A stretch of 64,000 nucleotides of DNA from Plasmodiophora brassicae (GCA_036867785.1 CP145418.1:248001-312000), one strand, 5' to 3'; counted from the stretch's first letter, positions 33,817-46,589 are shown. Notes: a model not told the origin generated them from the sequence alone. Numbers and translations: made by a program.

Positions 33817-35196
33817 TCACTGGCTGCGGCAACCGACACCCGGGTGCTCGTGCTCCTCGTCCTCTTCGTATGCTTCGCGAGTCTCGGCTGCCGATGCTTC
33901 CCGCTTGGCCCGTTCGGCATCCATGTCGACGTCTTTCAGCGTGCAGACTTCAACGTCATCGTCCTTCACGTCAATGTCCATCATGGTTTGTGACTTGGAC
34001 GCAGGAAGGACGCTTCTCAGGATATTCCGGTCGCCGTCGGACAGAGTGCCCGATTCGGGGAACTCGAGCTTGAATTCGACGTAGAGGTTGCCCTTGATGA
34101 ACGCGTTGCGGTTCATGGGCATGCCTTCGCCGTCGATAACCTTGATGTCCCCTGGTGTGTACACGTGCCCGGGCTCGCTTCGCACTCTCAGGACACGGCC
34201 GTCTAGGTGGTGAATGTCGAATGCGAATCTGGGCAACAGCTAGTGTCAGGCGTAGATCCTAATGCGAGCCACGCCAGCAGTACTGACCCGCAGAGGGCAT
34301 CGACCAAGGCGAGCGTTTGCCTCATGAACAGATCGTCACCCTTTCGGATATACACGTCATGCTCCTTCTGCTGGATGACGACAACGACGTCGCCTGTGGT
34401 AACACCGGGCGCTTCGTCTGCCATTCCCGTGAACGTAATCTTCTGACCATGCTGCATCCCTTTCTGGACGCTGCACTCGATCGTCTCCTTCTTCGCCAGC
34501 ACCTTTTTGCCCTTGCAGGTCTTGCAGCGGTACCGGTCCGGGATGATCTTCCCCTCGCCCTTGCAGGCATCACACGCCGCCTGCATCTGTTGGATCATGC
34601 CCGGGCCGATTTGTCGGACGACGACACGAACGCCCTGCCCATTACAGACATGGCACACCGACACATGGCCGGATTCGCCGCCTTCGCCCTGGCACCCATC
34701 GCAGATGACGTTCTTCGAAATCCGAAGCTTCTTGTTGACACCACTGTACAGTTCCTCAAGCGATACCTGCAGACGCGTGTCAAACCAAATGGGACCGTAT
34801 TGCCAGGAGCACTGAACGTACTTTCAAAGGGAACACAAGGTCCTCCCCGCGAGGTTTCTGGCGCGGGCCTCGGCTCCTTCCGAAGCCACCTCCGAACAGG
34901 TCGAAAATGTTGGTTGGGCCATCGGCGCCGGCCTTCCCATTGAGCATGTCCTCGCCGTACTGATCATACATTTCTCGCTTCTCCTGGTCGCTGAGGATCT
35001 CGTATGCCTTGGAGATATCCTTAAACTTCTCAGGGTCGCCGCCCTTATCCGGGTGGTGCTGGATGGCCGCCTGCCTATACGCCTTCTTGATCTCGGACGC
35101 GGATGCGTTCTTTGAGACGCCCAGCACGTCGTACAGCTTGGAATTGTCCACGTCTCTCGGGCGACCGCCCCCCATTCCGGCTCCTCCGAAGAACAT
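33817..35196 (-). CDS. DNAJA: Type I DnaJ/Hsp40 (DNAJA/Ydj1)
   Basis: J domain with HPDKGGD, CxxCxGxG repeats, and C-terminal CaaX box CRSQ. Confidence 0.95.
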
Positions 35197-35615
35197 GATG
35201 GCACGCGGGTCGTCGGATCGATCGGGCTAGAACACGCGAGCGTATCGGATTTGTGACACCACGGCCGCCGCAGACGCGATCTGGTAGTGCGGACTGCGTC
35301 CCCGCGCGCTACGGACTTTGCCCGCCGGAACATTGCCGGGAATGTTCTCGGCAAAAAATCACCTTGCAGTACGCGACGATCCCAGACCCGCCGTCCTAAA
35401 ACGTTGCTCATCGCCGCGCCGGTAACGCCCCCCACGCTGCCAACGCGGAATCGGCCGCCCGTTAGGACCGTCGTCCGGCGCCGGCGACCGTGCACGTTCG
35501 CCAAGGCGACCTGCAAATGGAAATGCGCTCCGGCTGTCCGCTATTTTTACGGGGTCGACACAACCCGGTAATAGTTGATAGAAAGGTCGTTCGACCATCG
35601 TACAGTGAATATAGC

Positions 35616-36517
35616 TTACGTAACGGGTTGCCGCTTGCAAATGACGGAGAGGACGTTGCTTCGGTAGATCATTCTCATGGTGGCGTTCCTCGCTCTGGAA
35701 AGGTCGCCGGATTCGTAGGCGGCGCGGAAGTCGTCCTGGTCTGCGATCAGCAGGTCGACCGTCTCGCGGCGGATGTCATCGAGGTCAGCTGGGTCGCCGG
35801 ATTCAATCCTTTCGCGCGTCTCCAGGACCTCGCCAAGGAATTTGGGATCTGAAACGCTCTCGGACTCCCCAATCCCAACGCCTTTGATATGCAACAGAGC
35901 CTGGGCACGCTGGACGGGATCAGCAATCCTGTACGATCGGCAGCAGCATTGAACAGATAGCCCAGCAGGTATGCTCAAGACCGTTGATTACTGACGTGCG
36001 ATGAGCGTTGCTCAGTTCAGCACTATATTGCGACGATATCTTTTGTTCAGCGTCGGTCGCGTTCGAGAACCGATCCGGATGAATCGACTTCTGCATCTGC
36101 TTGTACCGTTCTGACAGCTTGGACAGGTCGACGTCAAACGATTCCTCCCTGTTTGGTGCCAAAAGTCTTCAGCCGAACGGCCTGCGACACTGTCAACAGA
36201 ATCATCAGACTTACACGCCTAGAATTTGGAATACATTCTTCTTCTGAGGAGGTGGTTGAATCGTCTTACATCCTGGACAGAACGCCACTGGGCACTTCAG
36301 ATGGTGCTCGCATTTCTACGTGACCCGTCAGACGCAACGTGCGGGCCGGCGCGATGTGCCCGCGTCGAACCCAGCAAATGAATGGGTCTCCACCAGAGTG
36401 TCGTTGCCGGCATTCTCGGCGTTGTGCCGAGAGATCGACGCGCCCTAACGATGAGAAGGGTTGCCTTGCGGACGACGACAGCGGCAGAAGCCGCCGCGGC
36501 AGCCGTCTGATTAGCAT
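35616..36517 (-). CDS. HSCB: Mitochondrial Fe-S cluster co-chaperone HscB/Jac1
   Basis: Arg-rich transit peptide, CW|KC...FCPGCKTIQPP zinc motif, SFDVDL...HPDRF, DPVQRA, DPKFLGEVLE. Confidence 0.9.
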
Positions 36518-36683
36518 CGCTTCTGACCGCGCTGACACGAGCGCACTCCGCAACCTTCCTTCCCCGCACGCCGGGAACGGGTCGGCGGCGCATGGCAACG
36601 CGCACTCAGTGAATGAACTGGTAGGGATACTTTTATCAGGTCGGGGATGCATAGATAGATGACCGATGAAGTTGGCGTGCGCG

Positions 36684-39600
36684 CTATGACCCGCCCACAG
36701 GGAAATCGTCGAAATGGACAGCGATTGAATCTTTGACGCCGGCGATGTAGATGGAGGTCATTGGCGAATGGGTGCCGATGCTTTGCCGATTCATGTAGAA
36801 ACCGTCGGGGACCCACTTCAGGTGACCTGGTATGTGGACTTCACGCCGGTTGCCGTTCAGAGGCAATGAGAAGAGCATGCAGTCGTCTTCAGCAGCATCA
36901 AGAGTACCGTCAAGTGCACCTTTCGATCGTACCAGCGCTTGCCATTGCTCACCGGACAAAGAAGCAACTTTGACGGTCACCTTAAGGAAGTTGTTTCAGA
37001 TGGCGGCTCTCATTTCGCCAACGAACACTACAATACTCTACCTTAACGACCCGATCAGGTTGTCGAACGAGGAGGACGGCATGGAACACGTCCAGCAACT
37101 GATCACCAGTTTTCCGGACGCGTATCCAGACAGAAGACGACGACGAGAGCCTCCGAAACCCAAGCGTTTCGACCGACGCGACCGACATTCTCGACGGATC
37201 AAGACGAATGGCGAATGAAGCCTCATGTTCACCGTGGACAAAGAGTTTCGTTGGATCCAGAATGACCGGTCCCGGCTGCAACGCTTGTCGTGGTGGGGCA
37301 TTCTTCTGCAACCACTGCGAAACCTTCTTGCTCCAGGATCCATCCCCATCAACATCCACATGATCAACATCATCAGTGACAAATGCGGGTGCACGGTGGA
37401 AGCGATGCCTGGCACGAGGTTGGCGCAATTGCAAACGGAACGGTTGCACAGCACTGGGAACAAATGGCACAGCACGAGGACTTCTTGATTTTTCGTCAAC
37501 GTCCATCGCTGATGGCTCCGCATGCACTCGTTCGAGGACGAGTGAATCGATGCGTTCCCTCACATACGTCATCAGCCTTTTTCTTTGGCTAACTGGCAGA
37601 GGAATTCGCGGAGGAATCGTACGAAATACAGGCTCCTCCGGACCGGATGGTACAGCAGGAGCTTTCTTGGTTCCATCCCCAGCGCGCCGAGCAAGAGCAG
37701 AAATCTAGGACAGGTGGCGTGAGATACATACAGATGCTGACCCAGAAAGGGTTGACCTTTGGCTGTTTAACAGGAGCTCCATCATCTGTAAGATCAGGCC
37801 TCTGGGGAGTGCGAACCCTCTTCGACAGAGAAATTCCCTCGGGTTTCGTCGGCGTCGCGACTGGAACCGGCTTTGCAACCTTTGCCGGCCCGGCCTTCAA
37901 TTGCTTTTCACGCTCCTTCAGCTCTTTCGCGGCCCGTTTGGCAGCCAGCTTCGACGAAATTTCGTCCAACGACGCCTGCAAATGCCCAGTCGTCATCTGG
38001 TGAAACCAAGTCAGACGACCTGGCAACCGCCGCATCAAGCAACAACGCTGCACACCTTCTCTGCTAGTTGCGACTCGACAAAAGCCGCCATACGATCACC
38101 AAGCACCCGTACAGGAGTGCCTTCAGCGTTGAACGCAGCACAGTTCGAAAACACGAGACGGATATCGCCAATGAATGCGTCCACAGACTTGTAATACCCT
38201 TCAAGGAGCTGGCGCTCTATGGTGCCAAGATCCATAGGCGTTGAAACGAAGTTTCGGTACTCTATCATGAAGACCATTAGCTGGTGAAACAGAGACCTGT
38301 GAACCGCTGTTTACCTGGATACAGCTGTTCGTCAACAGGCATCTGAAACGTTTTGTGCTGATCCATTTTCTTAAGTCGACGAATCAACGCAACGGCAGGC
38401 GTAGGAGGCGTCCGTTTCGGAGGCGCTGCCATCGGTTTTGCTGGAGACTCGGCGACAGGTATTTCGTCGCAGATCAAGGCGGAATGGTCACGGAGACCAG
38501 GCGAGAGCTTATCGAAGGTGTCCAGGAATACTGAACGGCAGTTCAGGGCTACAGCGGCCAAATCGGGATTGAGCTCAGAATGGTACAGCGTACAGTTAGA
38601 CCAAACGAGGTCGACTGCCGAAAGGAAATTGTCGAGATTGTCGTACAACCCGGCCTCAAGCCGGCGGGAGACAGTCGACAAATCCATTGGATGGGGGACA
38701 CGATCATAATAATCGAGAAGGTTGAACAGAAGAGGATTCACAGGATCACCGAACAGTCGCCCATAGTCGTAAGCCGATACTTTTTCTAGAGCACCGAGCC
38801 CAGGAGCAACCCATGGCAGTTGCTTGTTCAGTGCAGCGTTCGGCCCTGGGAACGCGATGGAGAACTCTGTGTTGAAGTAGAGCTCTAAATACCGGGCCGC
38901 TATTCGCGTTGCTAGAGGAGTGCCCGGATACGCAAGCGCATTCTTGAACGTAAGCAGAACGTCGTCTGCGAATGCCCGCGGCGCCGCATACTGATCGGAT
39001 GAGAGTTTGGCCTGTGCAGTGCTAAGATCCATTCCTGGAGACGATGAGAAGTCAGCTCCCTATTCCATTGGAGACTAAGCGACGGCTTACGCTGCGGGAC
39101 AAAATCATCGTAACCCGTGTAGTTGTACATCACAGGGTCAAGCGGATCCCGGAAATCCATAGCCATTTCAAGGCTGCACAATTCACGTAGGAGGCGAGCG
39201 CATCGACGTTTCGAACCGCGAGTCATCGTTGCAGACGCATCGGGCGAAATCTCTGCCTCGTCCGTATCTCCAACCGACTCAGCGGGTTCGGGCTCAACAA
39301 CTTCAGCCGTCTCAGTCAGCTTCGCGATTGGAGGAACGACGTCGGCGGGAGATCCGACATCAGGTTCCGCCTTAGGTGATATACCCAACTCAGGAAGCAG
39401 GTCGTTCTCGAACTTCGACGAAAGAGCATTGGCAAGCTCAGTTATGGGCGCAGAAGGGCCATTAAACAATCGACAATTGCGCCATATCAATCGAATATCG
39501 GAGACGAACTCGTCGTTGGACTTGTAATGGCCAGAAGTAATCCGATTTCTTACCGTCCGCAGGTCCATAGGATGCGAAACGACGTCACGATACCCAATCA

Positions 39601-40611
39601 CACCTTCGGGGACAGGCTCTCGAAAGGCTGGCGAACGCTTGTCCTTTTGAAGTTTGTTGACGATTGAAATGCAGATGGCCTTGTTAAAAGGCGGTGGTGG
39701 TGGAAGAGCCAGTTTCACGGTTAAGTCCAGTTCGGGAGGCGGAGCGACAGCCGCAGCCGCGGCAGACCGGTCAACGATATTGACAATCGGAGACGGAGGG
39801 GGATTGCGAATTTCGCTGATGGCCTTCTCGAGGTACTTTTCGAATTTCGAGGCGAGTTTCACAGCTTGGCGCGCCAATTTCGCGCCTGGGTCGTTAAACG
39901 TCGCACAGTTGCGCCAGATTTGTCGAACCTCGGTGGCAAAGTCGGAGACGCGGGCGTACGCGTACAACTCGAGTTTCGCCTCAACAAGCGACAGCGCCAT
40001 TGGATGCTGGATAACCTCGTAGTATTCCGGATGCTTAACGGGATCAACACAGAAGATGAACGGCGCAAGAGCCTTGTCGTATTTGGCTTTCATACGAGTC
40101 AGCATAGCCTGCAGAACCGCGACACCATTGGAAGTGAGTTCCAGATCCTCTTCAGGCCGCGGTGCCGCATCAGCGGGGGGAGAAATCGTATCGAAAGACG
40201 CCGACGGCGGCTCTTCGTGGAATTTGGACCTGTACTGTCGACAGAACAGACCGCGCATCGATCGAGCAGCCTTGTAGACTTCGGAACCCACAGAAGCGGG
40301 GCCGTTGAACATCATCGCGTTGCTAAAGCATCGAATAACATCAACGGCAGCGTCACCAGCTGATGCATACTCATCAGCTTGCAAGCGTCTCTGAACCAAA
40401 ACCATGGGTACGCACGAGCCGTCAAGGGCCAACAACGGCATACCTCAATTGTTCCAAGGTCAACAGGGTGCTTGATAATATACGGATACAGAGGTATCTG
40501 CAATGCAACTGGATCCACCGGCTGCTTGAAGTAGATGCACCCAGCGTCCCGCTTCAGTCGCTGCATAATCGCGGAAAACGTCGTCTTCCACGACGCCGCA
40601 GACGCCGACAT
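36684..40611 (-). CDS. Multi-bromodomain protein (six bromodomains)
   Basis: Six repeats of F..PV......Y...I..PMDL..I..L....Y.....F..D....F/W.N...[FY]N, followed by an unrecognised C-terminal domain. Confidence 0.88.
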
Positions 40612-40891
40612 CAGGGGTAGGGCGGGTCCCTCAGCCGAGTCACGCGATGAACCGCCTGGCAACGACGAGGTGAGACCGCACCGACATGCGCAGGCGACTG
40701 GCACGTCGCCCACTGCAATCTGACAGTGATTGCGGAATGCGCTGTGGCCATGATTTGCAACTTTTTTGGGCCGACTCAGCTGCCGAGCCCGACAGCCCCG
40801 CCCCGCGCGTCCAGTCTGGGGCGCCCGCAGAACTTTTCCAGCTCCAGACCAGAGACGGACGTTATCGTTATCACATCGCAGGCTACCGCTT

Positions 40892-42145
40892 TTACCATTC
40901 CGTTTCCGTCCACACGTAATCGTTGTGAGGCAGAAGATAGCAGGCCCTGACTTCCGGCGACATGTTCTTGAGCTCGTTGTACGGGTGTTCGCGAGATTCG
41001 ACGTACCGCAGCGCGATATCGCGCCCGCGCTCGGTCACCTTGCGATCCAGATTGCGGGTCTGCAGGTTGAAGACGCCGTCGCAGTGCCTTCTCAACGGGC
41101 TAGTGTCGCATAGGATGTCGTACGTGGCGACGATTGTGGTAACGTTTCGCAGACAAAGACGCTTGAGAAGCGCCACGTACTGTGGGTCGTGCGACATGAT
41201 GACAAATATCTGTTCGACTGACTCGTCGACGAGACCCAGTGCAACCGTTGTCAGCGCTTCGCCTTCAGGCAACCCGTCATGGCCAATCTCGCGTAGCTCC
41301 ACGTCGCTCTCGTATAGCGAGTGGCGCAGCTTGCGAAGCCTGTTCTGGTAGAAGACATACTGCTGGCCGATGTAACTCATTCGCAGCAACTTCTCACGAA
41401 GAAGCGGCTTCATCTTGTAGTGCCGAGAATGCTGCATGTTCAACGCACGCTCTGGTGTGTGTTGTTGCTTCGCGTGCATCTCGAGGCCCTTCACGGACGT
41501 GCTCTTGAAACCACACAATCCGCACCTGTCACGTACAGTCTCGTATCAGCAGCACGACCAGCATCAACCGCAGCGCCTTGCCTGAATCGTTTCGAACAGC
41601 GATCCCATCCAGAGATATGCTTGTCCTGGCTGTACTCGGGGATACTCTTGCGCGATGTCAGCTCATCCAGGCCGGATTTCGATGGAATGTGGTTCGAGAA
41701 CGCAATTATCGAGCGACAATCCCCGATAGTGTTGGCGAACGTTTTAAGCGGCTTGAGAAAGGAAGAAACGGTTTCTGATTGGCCATCATCGGGATATATG
41801 TTGTCCAGGTCCCAGAAGACACGGACCTGCTTCGGCTTTGGTCGTCCAAGCGCGTCGAGTTTGGCGGGATCCCACACACCTGCAGGGCTCGAGGTAGTCA
41901 GTGCGGATCGACCGGGACAGGCAATATCGCCATGACACACCGGTGACTTCGAGCGGGAGCGAACCTGCCCGGGCCGCCTCTTCGAGCTCGTGCTCCAGTC
42001 GACATGATGACATCAGCGGCAGCGACTGAATGAGCTCCGTGTACATGGGATGGATCTGTGGGCCTAGGCGCCCTTGCTGACCTGGCCTGTGAACCAGGAG
42101 CGCGCGGGCGCGGCGCGCCAGCGCGATTCGCTTCGGCGCGCTCAT
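40892..42145 (-). CDS. NYN (PIN-like) domain + C2H2 zinc-finger protein, copy A (degenerate active site)
   Basis: VRVFWDLDN...AFSN...RFR|CGLCG...LEMHAKQQH...IFVIMSHDPQY...LRRHCD. Arg-rich N-terminus. Confidence 0.8.
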
Positions 42146-42266
42146 CGCATCCTCCAGAAATGGCCTTTTGACCCGCTAACGCCCGCCCGTACCACACCAC
42201 TCATGCCGTTTATGTAAGCACAGAATGCAATAGGTTACGCATACAGAATAAATAGACGATCGACCG

Positions 42267-44320
42267 TCACGATACTGAAGCCGACATCGGTCTGGGCTGC
42301 GTGTTCGGCTTCGCCGACTGGCGAATCGTACGGATGCGGGAGGCGAACTGAAGCGAGTTGAGCGTTTCCGCCAGGTGTGTGACGCATGGGTTCAGGCACA
42401 CGTAGACGAGCGTCTTGCCCTCGCCGCCGAGCGCATCCGATAAAATGTACGTCAGCTTGTCATCTCTGCGCAGGCGTGCACGTCAGTTGGGGCGAGCAAC
42501 GATGACGACGCGTACAGCAGACCTGAATGGAATGTGCGCCCTGTTGGTGCTGAGCGCATGGAACACGCCACCCAGAGCAGACAGCGACTGATTGATGTGC
42601 TTGCTTTCAGTCAGCCGGGTCCCCGATAACCCGGACCGTTCCATGTTCTCGCTCCCGGCCAGATCGACCAGGTTGATCCGACTTCGGTACGAGCGTCCCG
42701 TTGCAATGCAATGTCCTGAAATGCGGACGCGTACAATGCAATGCGATCGAGAGCTGCGCTCGTTGACAGCGGTCGAATTCTGTGATCGCGATTGCATGCC
42801 GCGCCACAGGCCTTGTTCCATGGCGGCCCAGGATTCAACCGCGACCTCCATCGCGCCTTTCACTTCGACGACGCCGCTCTCGTCGCGTCCAACCGACAGT
42901 TTAACGCGTTCGACATGTTGGGGATCGGCAAGCAAGTCGTACACGTGACGGTTGTACAATTCGATCACGCTGAGGTGGACCTGGTACCGATGGGTCTCTT
43001 CGCGCATCTTCATCAGGTCGAACAGAACCTACACGTTAACACGCGATCAAATTGACGTTAACGGACCCATAGGTACGGTAGCGGTACCTTCAGGGCACGG
43101 AAGTTGACGCCGGGGATTTCAGGCGTTCCGGCCATTGTGAACGTCTTCCCGCTGCCAGTCGGGCCATACGCGAAGATGGCGACACAGTAGCCATCCAGGG
43201 CCGATACGACCAGATCGCGAGCAGGCGAGAACACGGATTCGGCGCTAGTGTGCGCCCCAAGAACAACGTCATAATCATGCTGCGATTGCGCTCCTGTTCG
43301 TGGATTCGTAAGCGTCAGGATCGTCGGGCTTTGGACGTCGCCATGGACGACGGCTGTGAGGCGCGCATCCCGTTCGTTATCAGACACTGGCCTGATCCGA
43401 CATACAACGCGAACGCTCCCTTTCAGCTGCATGATCTCGTTGTGCAGCATACGCCGCAGGTTCGACTCGTTCCGAAGCGCCTCTTCAGCAACACGCCTGG
43501 CACGAACGGCGTCATCCCGTTCGACTCGAATGCGTCCAAGGTCGACACTGGGCACAGCGGCCAGTACGCGATCCACGAACGTCGACATCGCCTCGTGAAA
43601 CGACGATTGTTGCGCGTTTGCTAACGTCCTCAGCTCGTGGCAATCCCGCCGAAGATCCTCGATCCCTTTCTGCACCGCGACGACGTTCAGCTTTGGTTTC
43701 GTCAGTTCCGCATTTCGTAGCCTGGATAGCTCGGCCAGCAACGCCTCGCGGTCAGCATCGGCTTTCGACCGATACGCTGCGAATTCGTCGACGGAGGAAG
43801 CCAGTTCCGCTTGCAATCGGCTCTCGTTATCGTGGGCTGTTCGCAGAGCCTTCAGCAGACTTCGGGCGTCCGGGGATAACTCGTGATTAAACGCCGGGTG
43901 TTCATGGACCGAATGCGTCGCGTTGGCGACGGGAGTCACGCCCACGTCTGCATCCGTTTCAAAGGGCACACTATGCACCAGCGAATCCGTCAACGGAGTG
44001 AACGAAGCGTGCGTCGGGAGCGGCGGCGACTCGAGCGGTTCGGGGACGGGGATGAACCGCGACGGAATCGACGACCGCAGCGATCGGTCTGGCGGCGGCG
44101 GCGGCGGCGGAGGCGGCGCCGTCGAGACGGCCACCGGCACCGGCACCGGCTCGCCGCAGCCGGGCTCCCCATCCAGGTCGCTGAGGCGCAGCGCCGGCTC
44201 GTCGTGGCCCGGCCCCGCGAACAGGTTCGCGTCCGCGTTGTTCTGCGCTCGTCGCCGCGTCCGGTAGAACGCCTTCAGGAACGAACTCTTGACGACCTCC
44301 GGGCGCAGCGCTGACGACAT
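42267..44320 (-). CDS. Kinesin-14 (C-terminal motor)
   Basis: Coiled coil, then LKGSVRVVCRIRP, IFAYGPTGSGKTFTM, NERSSRSH, LVDLAGSE, HIPFR|DDKLT, ETLNSLQFASR. Confidence 0.93.
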
Positions 44321-44366
44321 CGCCGCTGGGGCTGAACCGCAGTCGCCAGTGGGGCAGGCTGAGACG

Positions 44367-44398
<32 letters not shown>
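44367..44398. repeat. Poly-C/poly-G homopolymer (32 nt) in divergent promoter
   Basis: Directly visible between the kinesin ATG (44320) and the PEX11 ATG (44527). Confidence 0.95.
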
Positions 44399-44400
<2 letters not shown>

Positions 44401-44526
44401 ACCGCAGCAACCCAAAAATCTGCGCCTGGAAACCGCCAACAACAGGGGCAGGTTGCTTCCCGAAAACGCAACGTCGTTGCCGGGTTCAGACTCACACATT
44501 CGCGCACGAGCGTCGAGACGTGCGCG

Positions 44527-45270
44527 ATGTCGTCGTCCTTGGACCGGGTGGTGGCGTTCCTGAACACGACGACCGGTCGTGATGCGGCGACGCGTATGCT
44601 CCAGTACGCGGTGAAGGCGCTGATCTGGACGGACACGGCGGCGGCGGCGTCGACGCCGCTGGGGAAGCTGTACGCCGCCGTGTCGATGTCGCGCAAGGTC
44701 CTGCGGCTGTCCCGCAGCCTGGCGCTGCTGAACGAGGTCGACTCGAGGGTGCCGTCGACGGACGCCAACGGGCGGTTGCTGGAACGGGCCCGATGGTTCC
44801 TGCACGTGTTCTACATCGCTGACCACGTCATCTGGCTGGAGCGCCTGGGCGCCCTTGCGATTCCTCCACGGGCACACGACTTTGTACTGACTGTCAAGAT
44901 GTTAACCTGGCTTGCTCGTACAGCGTGCATTGGCATGTACAATGCGCAACGCCTGGCGCGGCATCCCCATCTCAAGGTGTGTGCCCCCGGCTTGTCTACA
45001 AACACGCCTAGGATGCTGACTGCCGATGCCAAGGAACGACTGCCCGACGACGACCCGCTGGAGGAGGCAGGCGCCGTCGCAGCCAGGGACTTCGGGGTCT
45101 GCTCCCGCGCCGTGGTCTGCGCCTGCCTCGACGCGCTCGTCATCATCCACCTTCTCGGATGGCCCGGCGCCCTGCACCGCATCCCATCCGGCCTGTTCGG
45201 CCTCCTCGGCGCTGTGTCGTCCGCCCTCTCCCTGTACGACAGCGCCGCCATCCAGGAACCTATTATATAA
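44527..45270 (+). CDS. PEX11: Peroxisomal biogenesis factor 11
   Basis: FLNTTTGRDAATRMLQY...SMSRKVLRL...ADHVIWL...GLFGLLGAVSSALSLY. Confidence 0.88.
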   Translation: MSSSLDRVVAFLNTTTGRDAATRMLQYAVKALIWTDTAAAASTPLGKLYAAVSMSRKVLRLSRSLALLNEVDSRVPSTDANGRLLERARWFLHVFYIADHVIWLERLGALAIPPRAHDFVLTVKMLTWLARTACIGMYNAQRLARHPHLKVCAPGLSTNTPRMLTADAKERLPDDDPLEEAGAVAARDFGVCSRAVVCACLDALVIIHLLGWPGALHRIPSGLFGLLGAVSSALSLYDSAAIQEPII

Positions 45271-45289
45271 CGCCCACTATCCGGCCCTC

Positions 45290-45315
<26 letters not shown>
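45290..45315. repeat. (TG)n microsatellite followed by CGCGC
   Basis: About 13 TG units directly visible. Confidence 0.9.
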
Positions 45316-45321
<6 letters not shown>

Positions 45322-45453
45322 AGAGCGATTCAGTGTTGTTCCCAGACGACGTGTCGCCCCGTCGTTACGTCCATACAGCATGCTGAAGAGGAAGAGACGC
45401 GGTGCCCACGCCGTCGCCCACATAGATAGCGGCGGCCGGCTCCGTGGCAGCGT

Positions 45454-46589
45454 CATGCTGGGACGGCTGCGTCGGGTCTTGCTGCCGTCCGCCTCGCTGC
45501 GTCGGGTGCGATGGCAGGCGCAGTGGCTGGCGGACGACGTCGAGGCCGTCCCGGCAACGCGGTCCTTGCTGCGGTCCGAGCTGGAGGTGGAGGGCGAGTG
45601 GGACCCCAGCGACGACATCGTCGTGAACCGGGCGCTGATGTCGGAGGTGGAGGTGCGCGTGTTCTGGGACCTGGACAACGTCCACCCGGATGACGATTCG
45701 CTGTCGACGCTGACCGACTACGTGAAGCCGTTCAAGGACTTCGGGCGCGCCGTGGGCGTTCTGAACAGCGTCACCGCTTGGGCCAACTGCCATGCGTTCA
45801 GCCTGAGCCCACGTGAACGCTCTGAGCAGCGCGCGCGAGCTGATTTCATCGAATGGGACATGGACGACAATGTGTCCGGATGGGATCCGTCCATCCAGAG
45901 ATTCAGGTGCGACCGTATCCGGGGGATCATGTCGTTGCTGACGGCGCGTTGCTGTTGGCAGATGTGGCGTGTGCGGGAAGAAGTGCGACAACAGGGAGAA
46001 GCTGAAGAAGCATATGAAGATGCTGCACGAACGGGAACGGAATAAGATATTGAACCGTGTGAAGTGCCAGAAGCAGCAGTTGACCGGCGAGCACAAGTAC
46101 CGCCTTGCGAAGTACGACCGCGCCCGCATGCACGTCTTCAAGCATCCGACGCGGAACGAGCTTCACCAACGGTTGGAGGAGATGGGCGTCGACGTGCAAC
46201 AGGTTAGCACCAAGCGGGAGGCTGCTGATAAAGCGCTGAGCACAATGGCGCGATCGTTGGTGGCGACGCAGACCGAGCAGCTGTTCGTTATCGTATCGCA
46301 CGACAACGACTTCTGCACGTTGCTGAGACACCTGCGGGACCGGTCCGTGTCCACCGCGGTCGCCACGCAGGAGCCGCTCAGCGAGATGAGTCGTCTGCGT
46401 GACAACTGCGACTTTGTCTGGAACCTGCACACGATGAAGATGTGGCCGCAAACCGCCAGGGGGCGCCTGATTGTCCAGCGATGGACCAGCCGGTCCGTGT
46501 ACGACCAGCCCGGCAACGCCGAACCCTGGGGCGACGTGCTGTCCTCCGAAAGCAGGGAACCCGATCTCAGCTGGCCTCTTGATCAATAG
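45454..46589 (+). CDS. NYN (PIN-like) domain + C2H2 zinc-finger protein, copy B (intact acidic residues)
   Basis: MLGRLRRVLLPSASLRR transit-like start; VRVFWDLDN...AWAN...RFR|CGVCG...LKKHMKMLH...KREAADKAL...VIVSHDNDF...LRDNCD. Confidence 0.85.

Noticed and set aside
44321..44410. Poly-Gly N-terminus on kinesin
   Set aside because: It is a translation of the promoter poly-G tract from a non-ATG start. MSSALRP at 44320 is the plausible start.
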